From NCBI RefSeq assembly GCF_009914755.1, contig NC_060934.1: a DNA stretch of 64,000 bases. One strand, written 5' to 3'. Below, piece by piece: positions 54,673-64,000 of the stretch. Numbering within the stretch: the stretch's first letter is position 1; each line of letters opens with the position of its first letter. The stretch comes from the human T2T-CHM13v2.0 reference genome, Homo sapiens. The position numbers and the translations under genes are program-made. Below the pieces are notes generated by a model. The model worked only from the letters and a program-made list of their open reading frames with translations, did not search any database and was not told the origin of the DNA.

Positions 54673-54877
54673 TTGACTTCTGTGCACCCACAGGCTGAAC
54701 ACCACGTGGAAGCTGCCAAGGCTTGGGGCTTCCACCCTCTGAAGCCACAGCCTGAGCTCTATGTTGGCCCCTTTCAGCCACAGCTGGAGTGACTGAGACA
54801 TGGGGCACCAAGTCCCTAGACTGCACACAGCATGGGGATCTGTGTTGACTGCCCTGCTGGATTTCAAACTTGCATGG
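54673..54877. mobile_element. Orphan THE1-internal fragments (one inverted, one direct)
   Basis: 54673-54838 is the reverse complement of 56822-56984; 54845-54877 matches 57404-57436 (32/33). Confidence 0.9.
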
Positions 54878-54942
54878 TGCAAAACTCTGTGTACTACTTA
54901 ATTTTTCTGTAAAGTTAAAATGTTCTAAAAAATAAAATTTAT

Positions 54943-55235
<293 letters not shown>

Positions 55236-55239
55236 TTAT

Positions 55240-55645
55240 TTTTAAAAAGGGAATTTGATAGCATATCAGAATTTGTGGAAGGCTGCTAAAGCAGTACTTG
55301 GGAAGTTTATAGCAATAAACTACATCTCTTTATATTGGAAAAGGAGAAAGTTTTCAAATCAATAGCTTCAGCTTCCAATTTTAGGACACTAGAAAAAGAA
55401 GAGCAAATAAAACCCAAAGAAAGAAAATAATAAACATTAAAGTGCATATCAATGAAACAGAAAACAAAAAGAATAGAAAAATTTAATGAAACCAAAATTT
55501 TGTTGTTTTAGAAGATCAATAAAGTTGCTAAACTCCAGCAAGAACATTCAGGAAAAAAAAAGCAGGGAATATACACAAATGACCAATATCAGTAATCAGA
55601 CTTGATATCACTACAAATTCTAAAGATATTAAAAGGTAATGAGAA
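55240..55645 (+). mobile_element. Old L1 ORF2 fragment (continues at 63121)
   Basis: ctagaaaaagaagagcaaataaaacccaaag..gaagatcaataaagttg. Confidence 0.8.
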
Positions 55646-55647
55646 TA

Positions 55648-55791
55648 TATTTTTATTGATAAATAATATCTGTACATATTCTTATAGTATATGTGGTAAT
55701 GTGATACATTTATATAATGTGTAAAGATAAAGTCAAGGTCATTGGGATATCTATCACCTTAAATATTTACCTTTTCTTTATGCTAGGTACA
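55648..55791 (-). mobile_element. L1MA-like 3' end
   Basis: ttttattgataaataata..gtacatatt..aatgtgtaaagataaagtcaaggtcattgggatatctatcacc. Confidence 0.75.
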
Positions 55792-58046
55792 TGATATGGT
55801 TTGGCTGTGTCCCCACCCAAATCTCAACTTTAATTGTATCTCCCAGAATTCCCACGTGTTGTGGGAGGGACCCAGTGAGAGGTAATTGAATCATGGGGGC
55901 CAGCCTTTCCTGTGCTATTCTTGTGGTAGTGAATAAGTCTCACAAGGTCTGATGGTTTTATCTGGGGTTTCCGCTTTTGCTTCTTCCTCATTTTCTCTTG
56001 CCACCACTATGTAAGAAGTGACTTTTGCCTTCCGCATGATTCTGAGGCCTCCCCAGCCATGTGGAACTGTAAGTCCAATCAAACCTCTTTTTTTCCCAGT
56101 TTCAGGTATATCTTTATCAGCCACATGAAAATAGACTAATACAATAAATTGGTACCAGTAGAGTGGGACATTGCCGAAAAGATACCCGAAAATGTGGAAG
56201 TGACTTTGGAACTGGGTAACAGGCAGCGGTTCAAACAGTTTGGAGGGCTCAGAAGAAGACAGGAAAATGTGGGAAAGTTTGGAACCTCCTAGAAACTTGT
56301 TGAATGGCTTTGACAAATATGCTGATAGTGATATGAACAGTAAAGTCCAGGCTGAGGTAGTCTCAGATGGAGATGAGAAACTTGGAGAGTGCAGCAAAGG
56401 TGACTCTTGTTATGTTTTAGCAAAAAGACTGGCAGGATTTTGTCTCTGCCCTAGAGATTTGTGGAACTTTGAACTTGAGAGAGATGATTTAGGGTATCTG
56501 GCAGAAGAAATTTCTAAACAGCAAAGTGTTCAAAAGGTGACTTGGGTGCTGTTAAAAGCATCCCATTTTAAAAGAGAAACAGAGCATAAAAGTTCAGAAA
56601 ATTTGCAGCCTGATGATGCAGTCGAAAAGAAAAACCCATTTTCTTAGGAGAAATTCAAGCCGGCTACAGAAATTTGCATAAGTAGCAAGGAGCCTAATGT
56701 TAATCCCCAAGACAATGGGGAAAATGTCTCCAGGGCATGTCAGGGACCTTCATGGCAGCCCCTCCCATCACAGGCCCAGAGGCCCAGAAGGAAAAAGTGG
56801 TTTCGTGGGCCAGGCCCAGGGTCCCCATGCTGTGTGCAGCCTAGGGACTTGGTGCTCTATGTCCCAGTCACTCCAGCCATGGCTGAAAGGGGCCAACGTG
56901 GAGCTCAGGCTGTGGCTCCAGAGGGTGGAAGCCCCAAGCGTTGGCTTCCATGTGGTGTTGAGCCTGTGGGTGCACAGAAGTCAAGAATTGGGGTTTGGGA
57001 ACCTCCGCCTAGATTTCAGATGTATGGAAACACCTGGATGCCCAGGCAAAAGTTCACGGTGGGGTGGGGCCCTCATGGCGAACGTCTGCTAGGGCAGTGC
57101 AGAAGGGAAATGTGGGGTCAGAACACCCATATAGAGTCCCTACTAGGGCACTGCCTAGTGGAGCTGTGAGAATAGGGCCACCATCCTCCAGACCCCAGAA
57201 TGGCAGATCCACAGACAGCTTGCACCATGTACCTGGAAAAGCCACAGACACTCAGTGCCAGCCTGTGAAAGCAGGCAGGAGAGAGGCACCCTGCAAAGCC
57301 ACAAGGGTGGAACTGCCCAAGACCATGGAAATCCACGTCTGGCATCAGTGTGACCTGGATGTGAGACATAGAGTCAAAGGGGGTCACTCTGGAGCTTTAA
57401 AATTTGACTGCCCTGTTGGATTTCAAACTTGCATGGGGCCTATAATGCCTTTGATTTGGCCAACTTCTCCCATTTGGAATGGCTGCATTTACCCAATACC
57501 TGTACCCCCATTGTATCTAGGAAGTAACTAGCTTGCTTTTTATTTTACAGGCTTATAAGCAGAAGGGACTTGCCTTGTCTCAAATGAGACTTTGGACTGT
57601 GGACTTTTGGGTTAATGCTAAAATGAGTTAAAACTCTGGGGGACTGTTGGGAAGGCATGATTGATTTTGAAATGTGAGGACATGAGATTTGGAGGGGCCA
57701 GGGTGGAATGATATGGTTTGGCTGTGTCCTCACCCAAATCTCAACTTGAATTGTATCTTCCAGAATTCCCACGTGTTATGGGAGGGACACAGGGGGAGGT
57801 AATTGAATCATGTGGGCCAGTCTTTGTTGTGCTAGTTTCATCATAGTGAGTAAGTTTCATGAAATCTGATGGGTTTATCAGCAGCTTCTGCTTTTGCTTC
57901 TTCCTCATTTTCTCCTGCTGCTGCCATGTAAGAAGTCTCTTTTTTCCTCCTGCCATGATCCTGAGGCCTCCTCAGCCATGTGGAACTCTGAGTCCAATGA
58001 AACCTCTTTTTGTTCCCACTTTTGGGTGTGTCTTTATCAGCAGCAT
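55792..58046 (+). mobile_element. THE1A MaLR provirus: 5' LTR 55792-56143, internal 56144-57708, 3' LTR 57709-~58046 (3'-truncated)
   Basis: Both LTRs start tgatatggtttggctgtgtcc; interior starts aaattggtaccagtagagtggg; MaLR ORF remnant EGSEEDRKMWESLE. Confidence 0.95.
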
Positions 58047-58314
58047 TCCTGGGTGACAGCTGGACCACTCCAGAGATCTGCTCTACCTCCCATCTCTAAG
58101 CTGATATTAAGCTAATTTTATGACTCTTTGCCTACTGTGTGTGTGAGAGATGAAATTCTTTCCTTGGTACGTTCCCAGTTATGCCCCAGGATGTATAGGT
58201 TCTCAGAGACACCTGCTCCTTGGGTGGGCACCATGGCCTTTGCACATTGATCAGACTTCAGGGTTCAAGCGATGGACAAACATGCTTAAATAACCAGGTG
58301 GGGGACTTATCACA
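58047..58314 (-). mobile_element. Partial ERVL LTR (MER54-like)
   Basis: Reverse complement begins tgtgataagtcccccacctggttatttaag..ttgaaccctgaag..aaggccatggtgcccacccaaggagcaggtgtctctgagaacc. Confidence 0.6.
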
Positions 58315-58329
58315 CTATAATGGTGAATA

Positions 58330-58574
58330 ATTTTTTTTTTTTTTGAAATGGGGTCTGGCTCTGTCACCCAGGCTAGAGTGCCATGGCTCGATCCTCTTGA
58401 GTAGCTGAGACTACAGGTGCACACCACCATGCCTGGCTAATTTTTTGTATTTTTAGTAGGGGCAGAGTTTCACCATGTTGCCCAGGCTGGTCTTGAACTC
58501 CTGGGCTCAAGCAATCCACCCACCTCAACCTGCCAAAGTGGTAGGATTATAGGCGTGAGCCACTGTGCCCAGCT
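58330..58574 (-). mobile_element. Alu (AluJ-like) with internal deletion
   Basis: Reversed Alu lacking ~55 bp after gctcgatc; imperfect TSD ggtgaataat / ggtaaataat. Confidence 0.9.
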
Positions 58575-60184
58575 GGTAAATAATCTTTCTAATGTGTTGT
58601 TGAATTCTGTTTGCTAGTATTTTGTTGAGGATTTTGCATTATGTGCATCAGTGATATTAGCCAATAGTTTCTTTTTTGTTTGTTTTTGTCTGATTTTGGT
58701 ATCAGGGCAATGCTGGCCTTTTAGAATGAGTTTGGAAATATTCTCTTCTCTTCCATTTTTTCAAGGAGTTTGAGTAGAATTGGTATTAGTTCTTTAAATG
58801 TTTGGTAGAATTCAAATGTGAACGCTTCAGGTCCTGAGCTTTTCTTTGATGGAGACATTTTATTATGGCTTTGATCTTGTTACTAGTTATTGGTTTGTTG
58901 AGATTTTCTGTTTATTCATGATTCAATCTTGGTAGGTTGTATGTGTCCAAAAATTTACCCGTTTCTTCTAGGTTTTCCAATTTGTTGTTTGTGATAGCCT
59001 CTAATGATTCTTTGTATTTTTGTGGTCTCAATTGTTATGTCTCTTTTCATTTCTGATGTTCTTTATCTGAGTCATCTCTCTTTTTTCTTAGTCTAACCAA
59101 AGGTTTGTCAATATTGTTTATCTTTTCATAAAACCGACTTTTCATTTCATTGATCTTTTGTATTTTTCAGTCTCAATTTCTTTTATTTCTGCTCTACTCT
59201 TTATTGTTTATTTTCTTTTAGTAATTTGGGGTTTGGCTTGTTCTTGCTTTTCTAATCCCTTAAGGTGCATTGTTAGGGTGTTAGTTGTTAGACTTTTTAC
59301 TTTTTTCATGTATGCATATATTGCTATAAACTTCCCTCTTACTAATGCTTTTGCTATATCGCATAGATTTGGGTATGTTGTAGTTCCATTTTCATTTGTT
59401 TCATTAAATTTTTTAATTTCCTTCTTAATTTCTTCATTGACCCATTGGTTGTGCAGGAGCATGTTGTTTAATTTCCAGGTGCTCGTATAGTTTCTGAGGT
59501 TCCTTTTGTTATTGATTTCTAGTTTAATTCCATTGTGGTCAGAAAAGATACTTGAAATGGTTTTGACTTTTTAAAATTTGTTGAGATTTGTTTTGTAGCC
59601 TTAAATATGGTCTATTACGGAGAACATGCCATATGCTGATGAAAAGAATATGTATTCTGCAGAAGTTGGGTAAAATATTCTTAAATGTCTGTAAGCTCCA
59701 TTTGGTCTATAATGCAGTTTAAATCTGAGGTTTGTTGATTTTCTGTCTACATGATCTGTCCATTGCTGAGAGTGGGGTGCTAAAATTCCCTAATGTTAGT
59801 GTATTGCAGTCTCTCTCTCCCTTTAGATCTATTAAAGTTTGATTTATTTACTTGGGTGCTGTGGTATTGGGGGCATAGATGTTTATAATTGTTTTATTCT
59901 GTTGCTGAATTGACCCCTTTATCATGATATAGTGACTTTGTCTTTTATTACAGTCTTTAACTTGTAGTCTATAGTCTATTTTATCTGATATAAGCATAGT
60001 TACTCCTGCTTTTTTTTTGGTTTCCACTTGCATGTAATCTTTTTCCATCCCTTCAATTTCAGTGTATGTGTGTCTTTATAGGTGAAGTACATTTTCGTAG
60101 GTAGCATATGGTTGGGTCATGTTTCTTTATCTATTTAGCCATTCTGTGTCTTTTAACTGGAGAAATGAGTTGACTTACATTCAA

Positions 60185-60489
<305 letters not shown>

Positions 60490-61105
60490 TCTGTTACTAT
60501 TGATTAGTAAGGATTTACTACTGCCATTTTGTTGCTTGTTTTCTGGTTGTCTTGTAACTCCTCTTTCCCTTTCTTTCTTTTATTTTTTATTTTTTTTTAC
60601 CGTCTTCCTTTGTGGTTAAGTGATTTTCTCTTGTGGTATGTTTTAATTCACTGCTTTTGATTTTTATTAACTATATTATAGGTTTTTGCACTGTGGTTAC
60701 CAAGAGACTTACAAAAAACATCATATAGGTACAACAAGTTATTTTAAAGAAGTGACAACTTATATCACACACACAAAAATAGAAACTATAAAACTTTAAA
60801 AATAACGCTACATTTTAACTTCATCTCTCCCACTTTTTGACCTTCTTTCTTTTTCAATTTATATGTTTTATATTGCCTATCCCTTAACAAGTTGCTCTAG
60901 TTTTTACTGTTTTTGATAGATTTGTCTTTTAGGCTTCATACTACAGTTACGAATGGGTTGCACACTACAATTACAGTAGAGTATTCTGTTTGTCTATATA
61001 CTTCATTTAGCCAGTGGATTTTATACCTTCAAGTGTTTTCTTTTTGCACATTAAACTTTTTTTTCTTCTTTCAGACTGAAGAATGTGCTTTAGTATTTCT
61101 TGTAA

Positions 61106-61520
<415 letters not shown>

Positions 61521-63120
61521 CAGGCTATAGTATTCTAGAATGGCAGAGGTCTCTTTCTTTCAGCACTTTGAAAACATCATCCCACTCCTGTTTTTGTTGA
61601 GAAGTGTGTTGCAAGATAAATTGGAGCTCCTTTATATGTTATTTACCTCTTTTCTCTGCTGCTTTTAGGATCCTCTCTTTCTTCTTGACCTTTGAAAATT
61701 GGTTATTATATGCCTGGGTATAGTTTTATTTTGGTTGAATCTGTTTGGTCCTTCTGACCTTCTTGTACCTAGATATATATTTTTTCTCAAGTTTTGTAAA
61801 ATTTTAATTATTTCTTTGAATAAGCTTTCTACCCTTTGCTGTTGCTCAGCTCCCTCTCAAACACCAATAATTGTATTTTTTTGGATTTGGCCTTTTGAGG
61901 TAATTTTCTATATCTTTTAGGCAATCTTCATTCTTTTCTCTTTTTTTTTTCTTATTTCTCTGCTGACTGTGCATTTTCAAATAGCCTATCTTCGAGATCA
62001 CTGATTCTTTTCTCCACTTGATTCATTCTGCTATTGAAAGCCTCTAATGAATTTTCCAGTTCAGCAAATGTATTTCTGTTTTAATATTCCTGTTTGATTT
62101 TTTAAAAATTATTTTAATCTCTTTGTTAAATTTCCCTGATAACTGTCTGAATTGCTTCTCTGTGTTATCTCGAAGATCACTGCATTTCCTTAAAACTGCT
62201 ATTTCAAATTCCTGGTCAGATACCTCACAAATTGTTGTTTCATTAGGGTTAGTCATCAGTTCCTTACTTTGTCCATTCAGGGATGTCATGGGCCCCTGTT
62301 TGCTGTTGTTCCTTATGGATATAAATCTATGTCTTGCATTGAATGATTATTTATTTATTCCAGTGTTCTCTATCTGGCTTTTTAAAATTTTATTAAATAT
62401 GTCAGCATAGAGAGTCTTTGTAATTTACCTGTTGAATTTTTTTCACAAGGTCTCTGCCTCCTTGTTGGCCTCTGATGGTGCCTTAAGCCCAGGTTTGCCT
62501 CAGCTCTAGTAAACAATCAGCATGATGCTAATCTCAAATGGGGGAGCACCCAGAGGGAATATCCCAGCTGTGTGGGGAGACTAACTAGGAGTTCATGCCT
62601 AGGAGAACTCCTACAGCATGGTGCTGCTGAACAGCCACTCTGACTTGGCATCTCCTTTGCACAAGTTACAGAACAGAGTTTCCAGGGCTGGGAATGGTAG
62701 TCCTATATCCCCCATTGTTCTGGGTGACCTTAGGGGTATTTCTCACCTCAGACACTTGCAATTCTTCCCATGGGTTGAAGTAGAGACAGGTCACCTGCCA
62801 GGGAACCCAAAATAATGAGGAAACTAATTGCCCAACTTGACCTCACTTATTCCAGTGTAGAAACTGTGAGTCAGGGGAAATTTTCCACATGGTTAGTGCT
62901 GGGCAGACTGAGGTGAGAGGCATTGTGGATGTGTAAGTTTGATTCTTTTATCATCTTCTCAGTTTTTTCACTTCTCTGTGGCCCCAAGAAGAGTCTCATT
63001 CTCATATTTCAGTTCTGATATATGGCTGGTGATAGTCTTGGTACTGTATACTTGTTTTGGGGCTTTTTGTGGGGGTGAGTTGTAAAGCCAGCTTGCTTCT
63101 ATGCCACCATTTTGGAACCC

Positions 63121-64000
63121 AATAAGGGAATATTATGAAAACTTTTCTGTCAATAAATTTAACATAGATGAAATTGACAAATTCCTTGAAAGACAGATTA
63201 CCAAAGATCACTCAAAAAGAAATAGATATCCTGAATTGCCTTATATCTATTAAAGGAATTTAATTCCTTCCCATAGAGAAAACTCTAGGTTCAGGTGTCT
63301 TCACTATTGAATTCTACCAGGAATTGATTGACAAAGTAACTTCAATTCTACAGAAAACTCTTGCAGAAAATAGAAGAAGAGAGAATACTTCCTGTCTCAT
63401 TTTATGAGACAAGCATTGCCCTAATACCAAAATCAAAGATAAGAAAGGAAAGCTATAGTCCAATATCTCATATCAATAAAAGGCAAAACACCTTAACAAA
63501 ATACTAGTAAACCAAATCTAGCAATACATGAAAATGAATTATACCATGACTAGTGGAGGTTATCCTAAAAATGCAAAGTTGTTCAGCATTCAAAAAACAA
63601 AGTATTTAACTAGCTCAAAAGACTGAAAAAGAGAAAGAACATTATAGTTACCTAAATGGGTACAGAAAAGGCATTTGAGAAAATTGAACATGCATTCATG
63701 ATGTTAAAAAGCAAACTCTCAGCAAACTGGGGATAAAAGGAAATTTTTTCAACCTGATAAAAGGCATCTATGGAAAAACTAAGCACTAAAATCACACTTA
63801 ATGGTGAAAGGCTGAATGTTTTCCCTAATGTTAAAAAACAGGGCAAGGATTTCCACCCTCACCATTTCTGTTGAGCATTATAATGGAGGTACTAGCCAGT
63901 GCAACCAGGCAAGCAGGCAATAAAAAGAAATAAAAAGCATACAGATTGGAAAGGAAAAATTAAAGCTGTCTTGTTCACAGATAACATGATCACATTTATG
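63121..64000 (+). mobile_element. Old L1 ORF2 fragment (runs off the window)
   Basis: gatgaaattgacaaattccttgaaaga..gaaaaggcatttga..ataacatgatc (RT-domain region); continues 55240-55645. Confidence 0.88.

Larger units (their letters stand above)
53700..54940 (+). mobile_element. L1 3'UTR (L1MC/L1MD-like), interrupted by an MLT1 and a THE1-int insert
   Basis: caactaaatgcaatgtagtattgtggatgggatcctggaacagaaaa; ends tttctgtaaagttaaaatgttctaaaaaataaaa. Confidence 0.75.

Noticed and set aside
56240-57531. ORFs of 110-155 aa as genes
   Set aside because: Fragmented THE1A internal ORF

Overview
Primate (human-like) genomic DNA with no protein-coding exon, RNA gene or CpG-island promoter that I can support, so it is intergenic or deep intronic. 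About 1-44.6 kb is GC-rich, with MIR/L2 remnants and several AT-rich, homeodomain-motif-dense islands that look like enhancers. About 44.7-64 kb is an AT-rich stack of nested L1s, a near-complete THE1A provirus, solo LTRs and Alus. The main structure not explained by ordinary repeats is local duplication. (1) A ~1 kb inverted repeat pair (15490-16484 / 17352-18330) has a 569-bp core that is identical by eye and ~80% identical flanks; it encloses an 867-bp unique spacer with enhancer-like motifs, a candidate gene-converting, invertible regulatory cassette. (2) A ~590-bp inverted duplication (51265-51855 / 52318-52902, ~95-96%) has a spacer carrying a ~140-bp copy of unique sequence from 14 kb upstream (38044-38182). 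(3) A two-piece, two-orientation insertion (54673-54877) matches the neighbouring THE1A interior. (4) A small patchwork copy (22875-22919) matches 21427-21490. Repeat subfamily names come from my memory of consensus sequences and boundaries were read by eye; RepeatMasker and a self dot-plot should confirm them.
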